Source: Basidiobolus meristosporus CBS 931.73 (lineage: Eukaryota > Fungi > Basidiobolomycota). From it: DNA of 64,000 nt. The notes beneath the pieces were generated by a model. That model saw only the letters and a list, made by a program, of their open reading frames with translations, made no database searches and had not been told where the DNA came from. The position numbers and the translations under genes are program-made. Every line of letters starts with the position of its first letter. Position 1 is the first letter of the stretch. The DNA is taken from NCBI GenBank assembly GCA_002104905.1, contig MCFE01000253.1:1-64000 (forward strand), given 5' to 3'. Below, in pieces: positions 25,234-36,559 of this stretch.

Positions 25234-26034
25234 ATGACTTACTCATCTGAATGGTCTTTTTTCATCAATCCCATCACTACCACTGGATTTCCTTTTGACA
25301 CACTAGAGGAGATCTACTCCAAGTACTGTGGACCATCAACCCCAATCTACTCAAGGAGATCCCTTGTTAAGCTTTTCTGCTATTACAAGAACTATTGCCC
25401 TACAAGGTTTCATCCAACCATCCATGGCAACAAAAGTCCTAGAAGCCTTCATTCCCAGCTGACAGCAACGGAGAACCACCTTGCAGAGGGTATGAATGAC
25501 TTAGAGCAAGCTTGGAATACTAGGTTCAGAAGCTCCAATAGACTTCCACATCCCAGAGTGTTCAGCAACAGGTTCCATATCAGGAGTATTTTGGATACCT
25601 TCCCAGTGAGGATTAACAGACCTTCTAGAGGGCAGAGGCACTTTTATTCTGGCAAGTACAAGGCACACTGTGTGAAGTTTCAAGCATTGTCTGACATTGA
25701 GGGTAACATCATCTGGTTTAGTGGGCCATTTGCTGGAAGTAGGCATGACAAAGCACTCTGGGTAGAGAATCATCCTGAATTCAGTAGAGGGGAGAAATGT
25801 ATGGCAGACTTAGCCTATATAGGAGAGGATTGTCAGAGATTAGGATGTATTACAGCTTATAGGAAGCCAAGAAATGGTGTGCTTAGCAGGAAGCAGCAGC
25901 TCTACAATGAGATATTTAATCATTTCAGAGTAAGGGTAGAGCACACATTTGGATATCTGAAGAGATTCAGCATATTGGCAGGTAAATACAGAGGAAAGTC
26001 AAATATAGGAGAAAACAGCAGAATAGAAAAATAG
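25234..26034 (+). CDS. PHIS/Harbinger-type DDE transposase (DDE_Tnp_4-like); probably continues to ~26118 after a 1-nt slip
   Basis: Motifs ILDTFPVRINRP, YSGKYKAHCVKFQ, GSRHD, MADLAY and YNEIFNHFRVRVEHTFGYLKRF. Adding one A in the run at ~26027-26031 gives IEKIVKILVNAQY..HYEE*. Confidence 0.9.
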   Translation: MTYSSEWSFFINPITTTGFPFDTLEEIYSKYCGPSTPIYSRRSLVKLFCYYKNYCPTRFHPTIHGNKSPRSLHSQLTATENHLAEGMNDLEQAWNTRFRSSNRLPHPRVFSNRFHIRSILDTFPVRINRPSRGQRHFYSGKYKAHCVKFQALSDIEGNIIWFSGPFAGSRHDKALWVENHPEFSRGEKCMADLAYIGEDCQRLGCITAYRKPRNGVLSRKQQLYNEIFNHFRVRVEHTFGYLKRFSILAGKYRGKSNIGENSRIEK

Positions 26035-26300
26035 TTAAGATACTTGTTAATGCACAGTATGTTCATACAAGAAGACATCCACTGAGAGAAATGTGTCTAG
26101 AGCATTATGAAGAGTAAATAAAGCAAGGAAAACACTATTCTGAGCAACATAAGTAAGATTGAGTAAAATTACCAGTAACTGTATCATACCACTGGCATCA
26201 TGGTAGAAATTATAGTGCCAGATAGTGCCATAGAGTGCCAGATTAATCCGGCACTATAAACAGGCTGGCACTATGTGGCACTATCCAACAGAACAAGTCT

Positions 26301-28655
26301 AATAAGTACTCCATACCTTGGATTGATGAGCTTTTGGACCAACTTAATGGAGCCACTATTTTCAGCAAGATTGACCTCATGTCAGGATACAACCAGATTA
26401 GAGTGAAACCAGAAGATATCCCTAAGACAGCATTCAGGACCAGATATGGACATTACAAGTACTTAGTCATGAGTTTTGGCCTCACTAACGCCCCTGCAAC
26501 ATTCATGACGCTGCTGCAGACTGTCTTTCAGGAGTACTTAGACAAGTTTGTGATAATCTACCTGGATGACATATTGATATACAGCAAGACAGAAAAGGAT
26601 CACATGGTGCCCATTGAAAAGGTCTTGAAGAAACTAAGAGAGAACAAGCTATATGGCAAACTAGCCAAGTGTGAATCCTTCAAGGAACACGTAGAATATC
26701 TGGGACACATAGTGACTAGCACAGGAATAACCTTAGACCCCAAGAAGGTGGAAGTAATCAAGAATTTGAAGCAGCCCCATAGCATATCAGAACTCAGATC
26801 CTTCCTTGGAATAGTTTCCTATTATCGGAGATTTGTCAAGTCATTTGCAAGTATTGCAGCCCCTTTAACTGATATCCTCAAGAAAGACAACACCTACAAG
26901 TGGGACATAGCTTGTGAGACTGCCTTCCAGATGCTAAAGAATGAACTTGCTAAACTGCCAAGCTTAAGAATACCAGACTTCAGAAAAGAGTTCACTCTAT
27001 GCACAGATGCTTCAGATTATGCAATTGGTGGAGTGCCGAGCCAAGAACACAAGGGAAAGGACTACCCTGTTGCCTTTGAATCCAAGAAACTGAACTCAGC
27101 AGAACAAAACTATCCAGTCCATGAGACGGAGATGCTTGCTAAAATACACTGTTTGAAGACATGGAGATGCTATATTGAAGGAGTCAAATGCACTGTGAAG
27201 ACTGATCATACCTCCCTCAAGTATATATTTACTCAGAAGGTACTCTCTAGAAGAATGACAAGATGGAGTGAATACATTCAGCAATTTGACCTGGAGATTG
27301 TCCACTGTCCTGGAAAAAACAACACGGTTGCTGATGCCTTATTAAGATTAGATCAAGTTGCACAACTCAACTTGGTGCATCAATCAGATTGGCCTACCCT
27401 ATTACCAAAGTACTTGGAGGACCAAGCCATTCCTAATGAGGTGGATGAAGATATCAAGAAGATAATCTGTGGTGAAGCCAGTAAATTTGTTGTACAGAAT
27501 GAAACACTCTACCAAATTGTTGATGGAAGCCCTATTGCCTATTGTCCTTACGTTGCTTGCCTGGATTTAATACATAAGCTACACAATGGATATGGACATC
27601 TTGGGATTGAAGGAACCTATAGCCTTGTGAAAGCCAGAGCATGATGGCCCAGAATGAAACAAGACACTGAGAAGCTAGTAAAAACATGCCCAAACTGCCA
27701 AATCAATCAAGGCCAACCACAAAGAATTGCCAAACTCTTCCCTTTGGAGCCTGTAAGACCATTTGAGAGATGGGGAATTGACTTTATTGGAAGACTGCCA
27801 ACTACCAGGAAATGCAACCATTGGATCCTAGTAGCTATTGACCATGCCACTAAATGGCCAGTTGCTAAAGCTGTACCAATAGCCAGTGAACAAGAAGTTG
27901 CAAGTTTCATTTACCATGAGATCCTGATGAAGTTTGGATGCCCTGTGGAGATCTTATCCAATAGCGGTGCAAACTTTATGGCAAAGTCATTAGAGGCTTG
28001 CCTGGAAATGCAGCAGATCAGACATTTGAAAACCTCGGCATATCACCCCAGAACTAATGGAGTCACTGAGCGGTCTAATGGATTATTTGGAAAAATGCTG
28101 ACCAAGTATGCAAATGGAGTTGTCAGTAGATGGGATGAGTATATAGACCAAGCACTCTTTGCATGCAGAGTCAGAGTACACAACACCACCCAGCAATCAC
28201 CATTTTACTTAGTTTATGGATGTGAACCAAGGATTCCAGGAGATCTCACACAACCAAAACTTACAGACACCTTTGAAGATGAACTCAGTCAGCCAAGTAG
28301 ACACCAGCAACTGGAACAAAGACGTCAAGAGGCACAGACCAAAGTATCTCAAAGCGCAGAAAAGATGAAGCAGAGATTTGATAAGACTATAGCACCAGAA
28401 GCATTGACAGTTGGAAACTTTGTATTGCTAAGAAACAACACTCAGAAGAAGTTTGAGCCACAATGGACAGGACCATTCAAGATCATCAGAGAATGTCTAT
28501 TTGCAACTTACCAACTGGTGGACAAACAAGGCAATATCCGGGAAGACTTAGTGCATAGGGATAGACTCAACCTTGCAAGACTTGCTGATAATACTGAACC
28601 ATCAAGATATTGGTATCACAAGAAAAGAGATTCAGGAGAACCCTCTCAACTTTAG
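26301..28655 (+). CDS. Ty3-A RT, RNase H and integrase (3' part of gag-pol) with one nonsense codon at 27642-27644
   Basis: IYLDDILIYS, CTDASDYAIGG, HNGYGHLG..CPNC, WGIDFIG and HPRTNGVTER. The sister copy at 31870 reads ARAWWP where this one reads ARA*WP. Confidence 0.92.
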
Positions 28656-28665
28656 TAGGGGAGAA
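28654..28665 (+). promoter_or_regulatory. Polypurine tract of Ty3-A
   Basis: AGTAGGGGAGAA immediately before the 3' LTR. Confidence 0.75.
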
Positions 28666-29317
28666 TGTTATGATCTGCCACTTGAATGTTTAAGTTAGAT
28701 CAGTTTTTAGTCAAATCAATTAGTATATGTTTAGGTTATCAGTATATCAGTATTATCTATGAAATCAGTAGCATTAGTCAGCAAATGAATCAGCAGATCC
28801 TTATCAGACAGAAATAGATATATTAAGTAGAATCTTATTGGGTGATGATGATGCAATCAAATGAGTCATCAGCCACCACCTACATTAGGAAATACAATTA
28901 GTCAGCAATTGATCTGGCAAAATGTATATAAGGAGCTGCTGGAACCTCAATAAAAATCAGTTCAAGTTTTAGTGAATACAAAACTAGCTAAACTCCCTAT
29001 TCCTCTACAACTCTTATACCAAGACTTGTAACAAATGATCCCACCACTACCACTGAATTCCTTTGCAAAATGTGTATGGGGCATTATGAAGTGTAAATAA
29101 TGCAAGGAAAGCACTATTTTGAGCAACTTGAGTAATGTTGAGTGAAATTCCCAGGAGCTGCATCCTATCACTGGCATTATGGTGGGATTTATAGTGCCAG
29201 ATAGTGCCATAGTGTGCTACATCAAGTTGGCACATTGCGGTACTGTCCAACAGAACAAGTCTATTATTTCTATCACTATTTTGTTAGTTGGGCAGTGTAC
29301 TAAATCTATAAGTAAGT

Positions 29318-30048
29318 GGACTTGTTCTGTTGGATGGTGCCACACTGAGCCACAAGTACCAAATGATGCTATTGTGTGCCAGAGAGGCCAAGTAAGCCTA
29401 TACTTGGACACAGAGTGTGAATTATAGCTCTGCATCTTCATGCAACACAGCCTCCGTGTTTTACCTATGATGCAGGAGAAAATCCACTTTCTGACAAATT
29501 TTTGTGGATCAATGTTGTACAGGATGTGTAACAGCACAAAAGGATTGAACATACACATCTGGTACTTAAAACTCATGGCACTCTGTATCTAGCTGCAGTG
29601 GCTTGTCACATGTCACAAAAATGCATGGCACTATCTTGGACCACTGCTACTATCTTGCACAATAAGTGCTTTGTATTGATCTCACCTTAGGGCTAATAAT
29701 TACATATAGTGCCAGATAGTAGCAGTAGTCCAAGATAGTGCCATGCATTTTTGTGGCATGTTACAAGCCACTGGAGCTAGATTCAGAGTGCCGTGCGCAT
29801 TGAGTACCAGATGCATATCTTCAATTCTTTTGTGCACTTACACATCCTGTACAACATTGACCTAAAAAAAGGTCAAAAAATGGATTTCTCCAACACAATA
29901 GGTAAAACACATGGGCTGCTATGCATGAAGATGCAGAGCTGTACTGCACACTCTGTTGCCAAGTATTTACTCACTTGGCCTCATTGGTACACTATGGTAT
30001 CAATTGGCACTCATGGCTTAATGTGGCACTCTCCAATGGAACAAGTTT
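29318..30048. mobile_element. Foldback MITE copy 3 (older), TSD AGT
   Basis: GGACTTGTTC...GAACAAGTTT termini. AGT at 29315-29317 and 30049-30051. Confidence 0.88.
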
Positions 30049-30051
30049 AGT

Positions 30052-30479
30052 TTTAACGCTTCTCTTATAAAGTGGTATAGTGTATCTATGCACTTAGTAC
30101 AGCCATGATTAGTAGAGCTCCTAGCTAGTGATATACAACTTTGATTATCCTAGTAAATACATGTTGGTTCATCTGAACCAAAACCTAATTTATTGAATAA
30201 TACTTGTAACCATATAGCCTCATTAGTTGCATGACAAGCAGCAATATACTCAGCTTCAGTTGTAGATAGGGCCACAGTTGGTTGTTTCTTGCAGTTCAAA
30301 GTAATGGCTGAACCAGCATAACAAAATGCATACCTAGTGGTAGAGCATCTATCAATCAGATCTCCTGCATCTATCCAAATTGCTATAACCATTAAATTTT
30401 GCCTATTAGGTGCTCCAGAGCATTGCAGTACCATATTTCTGGTACCTTATAAATATCTGAAAATCTGCTTAACTGCTGT
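30052..30479 (-). mobile_element. Copia RNase H fragment
   Basis: KKQPTVALSTTEAEYIAACHATNEAIWL. Confidence 0.85.
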
Positions 30480-32340
30480 TGTTACAAGTCTTGGTATAAG
30501 AGTTGTAGAGGAATAGGGAGTTTAGCTAGTATTGTATTCACTAAAACTTGAATTGATTTTTATTGAGATTCCAGCAGCTCCTTATATACATTTTGCCAGA
30601 TCAATTGCTGACTAATTGTACTTCCTGATATAGGCTGTGGCTGATGACTCATTTGATTGCATCACCATCTCCCAATAAGATCCTACCTAATATATCTATT
30701 TCTGTCTGATAAGGATCTGCTGATTCATTTGCTGATAAATGCTACTGATTTGATAGATAATACTGATATACTGCTAACTTAAACAAATAACTAGTTAATT
30801 TGACTAAAAAATGATCTAACTTAAATATTCAACAGCAGATCATAACATTCTCCCCTGCTAAAGTTGAGAGGGTTCTCCTGAATCTCTTTTCTTGTGAAGC
30901 CTATATCTTGATGGCTCAGTATTATCAGCAAGTCTTACAAGCCTGAGTCTGTCCCTATGCACTAAGTCTTCCCGGATATTGCCTTGTTTGTCCACTAGTA
31001 GGTAAGTTGCAAATGGACATTTTCTGATGATCTTGAATGGTCCTGTCCATTACGGCTCAAACTTCTTCTGAGTGTTGTTTCTTAGCAATACAAAGTTTCC
31101 AACTGTCAATGCTTCTGGTGCTATAGTCTTATCAAATCTCTGCTTCATCTTTTCTGCACTTTGAGATACTTTGGTCTGTGCCTCTTGACATCTTAGTTCC
31201 AGTTGCTGGTGTCTACTTGGCTGACTGAGTTCATCTTCAAAGGTGTCTGTAAGCTTTGGTTGTGTGAGATCTCCTGGAATCCTTGGTTCACATCCATAAA
31301 CTAAGTAAAATGGCAATTGCTGGGTGGTGTTGTGTACTCTGACTTGGCATGCAATGAGTGCTTGGTCTATATAATCATCCCATCTGCTGACAACTCCATT
31401 TGCATAATTGGTCAGCATTTTTGCAAATAATCCATTAAACTGTTCAGTGACTCCATTAGTTCTGTGGTCATATGCCAAGGTTTTCAAGTGTTTGATCTGC
31501 TGCATTTCCAGGTAAGTTTCCAATGTTTTTGCCATAAAGTTTGCACCTCTATCAGATAGAATCTCGACAGGGCATCCAAACATCATAAGGATTTCATGGT
31601 AGATGAAACTTGCAACTTCTTGTTCACTGGCTATAGATACAGCTTTAGCCACTGATCATTTTGTGGCATGGTCAATTGCTACTAGGATTCATTGGTTGCA
31701 TTTCCTTGTAGTTGGCAGTCTTCCAATAAAGTCAATTCCCCATCTTTTGAATGGTCTTACACACTCCAAGGGAAAGAGTTCAGCAATTCTCTGTGGTTGG
31801 CCTTGGTTGATTTGGCAATTTGGGCATGTTTTCACTAGCTTCTCAATGTCTTGTTTCATTCTGGGCCACCATGCTCTGGCTTTCACAGGACTATAGGTTC
31901 CTTCAATTCCAAGATGTTCATATCCATTGTGTAGCTTATGTATTAAATGCAGGTGAGAAACATAAGGGCAATAGGCAATAGGGCTTCCATCAACAATTTG
32001 GTAGAGTGTTTCATCCTGTACTACAAATTTGCTGGCTTCATCCCGGACTATCTTCTTGATATCTTCATCCACCTCATTAGGTATGGCTTGGTCCTCCAAA
32101 TACTTTGGTAATAGGCTAGGCTAATCTGATTGATGCACCAAGTTGAGTTGTGCAACTTGATCTAATCTTAATAAGGCATCAGCAACCATGTTTTTTCCAG
32201 GGTAGTAGACAATCTCCAAGTCAAATTGCTGAATGTATTTGAGCCATCTTGTCATTCTTCCAGTGAGTACCTTCTGAGTGAATATAAACTTGAGGGAGGC
32301 ATGATCAGACTTCACAGTGCATTTAACATTACTGCTGATT
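30480..32340 (-). mobile_element. 3' half of a Ty3-A copy (RNase H end, integrase, 3' LTR 30480-30847)
   Basis: Reverse complement of 27190-29033 with several stops. PPT adjoins the LTR. Confidence 0.9.
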
Positions 32341-34914
32341 CCATCATCTTGCAGCTGGCCAATGATTACTGTGGCTTTCTCATCTAAATTTTCCTCTAAT
32401 AAAACATTCCTGACCTTGATCAGCTTTTGAATTCTGCCATCTTACACTCTATACCCTTAGGTATCCTCACAATACACAAGAAAGATCTCTTTTCTACTCT
32501 GTGGTTCCATCTGTATGCATTTTTTGTCAGGAATTTGCTCAGACATCACTGCCAAAGATCCTGAGGTGCTAGAGGTCTGGTTTTTGCCTGTATACGCTTC
32601 AAAGGATGTAGAGTCATAATGTGCTGTTTTTGGGCATTTATTCTGGATGTATACTGTGGTAGCAGCAGATTCAGCCCAAAACATGCAGTCCATTGCCTTA
32701 TCATGTAGCATAGCCCTTCCCATTGCTAATATTGTTGTGCTGGCATATTCTGCTACTCCATTTTGCAGTGAAGTATATGGAACCATGGTCTGCTGAAGTA
32801 TGCCAGTAGGTGGGCATAATTTTGCAAACTACTTTGAGCTGTATTCACCTCCATTACTACTATGAAGTGCCATTGATTTACACCTAGTTTGAGTTTCTGC
32901 TATGTTCTTGAAGTGCTTAAATGTCCCCAGAGCCTCATCCTTTACCTTGAGGAGCTACACCTAGTTATATCTAGTCTTGTCAGCAATAAATGTTTTAAAG
33001 TATCTCTTGGCTCCAAAGGTCAGTGTTCTCATGGGCACACATGTGTCTGATTGCACAATACCAATATTTCAAAGGTGTTCATGCCTCCTGAGCTCCTGAA
33101 ATGTGGCCTAGCTTGTTTGCCATATAAACATCCTTCACAGACACTCAATATGATTGGAATTGAGTAATTTATGCCCAAAACAAGTTGATTTGTCATTAAA
33201 CTGGCGCATTTTCTGTTCCCCAATGTGTCCAAGTCCCCAATGCCATGTCTCCCAGTCAGTTTCATCAGTCTCAGCAATGTTGCCATACTCAGGTCCAAAG
33301 ACCTTGCATTGTAACTTGTATATATTGTGATCTCTGATTCCCAAAGCTCATTTTTGTCCATTTTCACTCAATATTGAGCAGCTCTGCTTAATAATATTAG
33401 CAGTGCAGCTTAGTAAATGCAAAATTTGGTCCCCAAGTACTTGCCTTACTGACTGGTAGCTGGTTCTTAGCTTTTCTAGTCACATAGAGTACATCAGCCA
33501 GTTTTGCTGATGTTGCCCCTGAGATATCCTTCATATTTAGCTGCATTGCTCCACTTGTGGTAGCTTCCAGTACAGAGTTGTCTCCCAGATGCACTTCTCT
33601 TGCAGGAATAGTCTTTAAGCTGCTTAACCACGCCTTTATACTCCAAATATGCGTTGATGCTCCAGAGTCAGTATACAATTCATTACTCTGGTTGCCTGCA
33701 CTCTCTTGTACAGTTACAAACACCTGTTCTTCTGTAGCTTTATGGTTTTCCTGCTCTAATTTCTGTTTTTTGTCTGCTTCTATCTTCTTGCATTATCTTG
33801 CCCAGTGTCCTGGCTTTTTACAGTAGTTACAGCAACCAGGTTTTCTTTGGTTTTGCTGCTTCCCCTTCTTTTCTTTGTACCTTTATGAGCTAAATAAAGA
33901 ATTATCTTTAGTTTTCTCTACTTGTACATTACAACTGAATTCTTCATGGAGAAGTCTTTCATTGACATAGTTTAAAGCTACACTGTCTCCTCTGCCTTCA
34001 AAAAAATTATGAGTGCTCGTACTTGTCTGGTAGGCTGCAAAGCAGATAGAGTCTCTTTTTTTCATCATGTACACCAGCATAAATACTGTAAAGTTCTTCT
34101 ACAAGTGTCTTGATTCTGGTAATGAGTTGAAGCATTTCATCATCTGGTCTTTTCCTCATGCTCAGGAACTTTTGCTTTAAAGAACTTGCTTAATACTGAC
34201 TTTGCTCTAAAGATCTTCTCTAATGACTCTCATGCTGTATTGGCAGCATTTGAAGCATGAATCTGTCCAATGAAAGAATCTTGCACACTGATACATATGG
34301 CACTAAAGGCCATTCTCTTCTTCTCTTAAGACTTCTATGCTTTATCTGCTGTCTCTTTGGGCTCAACTTCTTTTTCTACTACTATGTTCCAAAGCTTTCT
34401 TTCCTCATAGTCAATCTGCATCTTGATTCTCCAATATCTGTAGTTCTGCCCATCAAACCTCTCCTTTGCAAGGAAGATGTTTGTAATGTTCTGTTCACTG
34501 GTCAATGGCATCTTTAGAATAGATTAAGGCAACTGCAGCTCATAACCTGTTGCAATTTCTGAAGTGATTTGGATATGAGGAACTTATCAAGAAATAGTGA
34601 TAATAGTTGAGCTTTTGTTTGCTCATAAAGAAGCTCAGTATTTATACATTTGTGGAAGTAATACAACTGTAACACCAAGCAAGGAAAGCTTTTCAACACT
34701 CACAAACTTTGTGTAATAGTCTCAGGATCAGTACATAATGTGTGGTAAAGGTGCTAATATGAGTTTGATTTAGGGGAATACTCATAGGATTAGAGACCTG
34801 AAGAAAGTGGCAGAGTTGAGATGTAGGCTGGTACTACAGTGACCAAGACTAGTCCAGTACTGTTGAGTAAATATTTAGCTGCTGAATGATACCAAATAGT
34901 CCAATATTTCAACA
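32340..34914 (-). mobile_element. 5' half of a degenerate Copia-B copy (LTR ~34549-34914, gag, protease, integrase)
   Basis: YTDSGASTH protease, CEGCLYGKQAR and LQNGVAE integrase remnants. PBS GGTTATGAGC follows the LTR. Confidence 0.85.
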
Positions 34915-35524
34915 GTTACCACCATTGTCAAGTACTGATGTGAAACATAAGTTCACTATCAATCAACTGTCAGTTTGTGAAAGGATTTAGGTGACACCTA
35001 AGCTAGACCTGGAGCTCTTTGCACAGTATAAAAGATCTGGAAATCCTACATGTTCAGGATAATGGAGCAGTAGTGCTTACCAAGATGGTTAAGCAGTGCA
35101 TAAGAAACAAATATTCAAATGCAGTATAAATATTTTGATCAACAGAGAAGTCAACTAATTGGCAGTTGGAGATGAATTAGTGGTGCCAAGAGCCAGCCTG
35201 AGTGTCATAATGGGTCCAGATGATCATAGGCCTGTTTATGTTAGCACTCTTAACCAATATCAAGAATTGAATATTGTATCAAAAGTAACAGTGGTGTATC
35301 AGAGCAGCTAGTGCATATTTATTCAATCAAAATTGCCAGATTAGGCAGCACAACCCCAGCACAAAAGCTCACATGCAATCAATATATACCATTTGGAATG
35401 AAGCCTCTGTGAACAGCTACCAATCAGGCTTGGGTACTCTGTGATACCAAGTCATGCCTATCAAGAAACAAAGGTGCAGGGGGTGCAGCTCAAGAAGTGA
35501 TTCAGTTATACAAAACTCACCATT

Positions 35525-36535
35525 GAGTAGTGATGATGATTGGACTGTTGCTTATTCATAAAGAAGCCCAGTATTTATATCTTTATAGAATAATACCATT
35601 ATAGCACTGGACTTGTTCTGTTGGATAGTTCCGCAATGAGCCATGAGTGCCAAATAAAACCATAGTGTGCCAGGGAGGCCAAGCAAGCCTAAACCTGGCC
35701 ACAGAGTGTAATAAATAGCTCTTCATCTTCATGCAAAGCAGCCCATGTGCTGCACCAATTGTGCTGAAGAAAATCCATTAACTGATCTTTGGTCTAGATC
35801 ATTGTTGTGCAGGATGTGCAAGCACACAAAGGATTGTAGATATGAACCCAATACTCAATACCCATGGCATTCTGAATTTAGCTCCTGTGGCTAGTATCAT
35901 ATCACAAAGATGCATGGCGATAGCTTGATCCACTGGTGCTATCTGGTACTATAAGCGCCTTGTATAGGTTTTACTTTAGGGCTAATATTTAATACAGTAC
36001 CAGATGAAAATGGTGGACCAAGATAGTGCCATGCATCTTTGTCACATGATACTAGCCACAGGAGCAAGATTCAGAGTGCCATGGGTATTGAGTACTAGGT
36101 GCATATCTTCAGTCCTTTTGTGAGATTACACATCCTGCACAACATTGATCCAAAAGAAAAAGCTGCAAGTATGGATTTTTGTCAGCATGATGCATGAAAC
36201 ACAGGGGCTGCTTTGCAAAAAGATGCAGAGCTATGTTTCACACTGGCGCACAATGGCACTATTTGGCACTCATGGCTCAATACAGCACTATCCAATGGAA
36301 CAAGTCTACTGAGTAAGGAGAGTTTATCAACATTCAGGAGTATTCTGTTGCTGTTTCAGGGCTTATACATAATGTGTGGTAAAATTGCTAAATTGTTCTT
36401 AACATTAAGGGGCTAATCATACAATCTCAGATCTAAATGATAGCATCAAACTAAGGACTGTAAGTTAGTTCTAGAGTACCAAGACTAGCTCAGAATTGTT
36501 AAGAAGATTTTGAGCTGCTGAATGCCACCATATCC
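35525..36535 (-). repeat. Degenerate Copia-B LTR hosting MITE copy 4
   Basis: Flanks match the LTR at 34600-34900 once the MITE is removed. Confidence 0.65.
35609..36307. mobile_element. Foldback MITE copy 4 (older, with a deletion in the right arm), TSD ACT
   Basis: GGACTTGTTC...GAACAAGTCT termini. ACT at 35606-35608 and 36308-36310. Confidence 0.88.
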
Positions 36536-36559
36536 CATTGTTATGAAGAACTTCACCTT

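Larger units (their letters stand above)
22898..26300 (+). mobile_element. Young autonomous PHIS-superfamily DNA transposon (3403 bp), 10-bp TIR AGACTTGTTC, TSD AAT
   Basis: TIRs at both ends, AAT at 22895-22897 and 26301-26303. Two divergent ORFs. Subterminal GGCACTAT/ATAGTGCC repeats. Confidence 0.93.
20690..29033 (+). mobile_element. Near-complete Ty3/Gypsy family A retrotransposon, TSD AATG, interrupted by a PHIS element
   Basis: 368-bp TG..CA LTRs at 20690-21057 and 28666-29033 with ~4 differences. AATG flanks both ends. PBS and PPT are present, with a single gag-pol frame. Confidence 0.95.
19174..29262 (+). mobile_element. Old PHIS transposon copy, split by the Ty3-A insertion (segments 19174-20689 and 29038-29262)
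   Basis: Colinear with 22898-25260 with CpGs decayed. The transposase start ATGACTTACTCATCTGAATGG is cut at 20689 and resumes at 29038. GAACAAGTCT end at 29262. Confidence 0.85.

Noticed and set aside
26170-26300. Short GGCACTAT/ATAGTGCC repeats as a CRISPR-like array
   Set aside because: Spacing is irregular, there are no unique spacers and the context is eukaryotic; these are subterminal transposon motifs.
28400-28655. Chromodomain at the end of the Ty3-A integrase
   Set aside because: The ORF ends shortly after a GPF motif, with no aromatic-cage chromodomain pattern.
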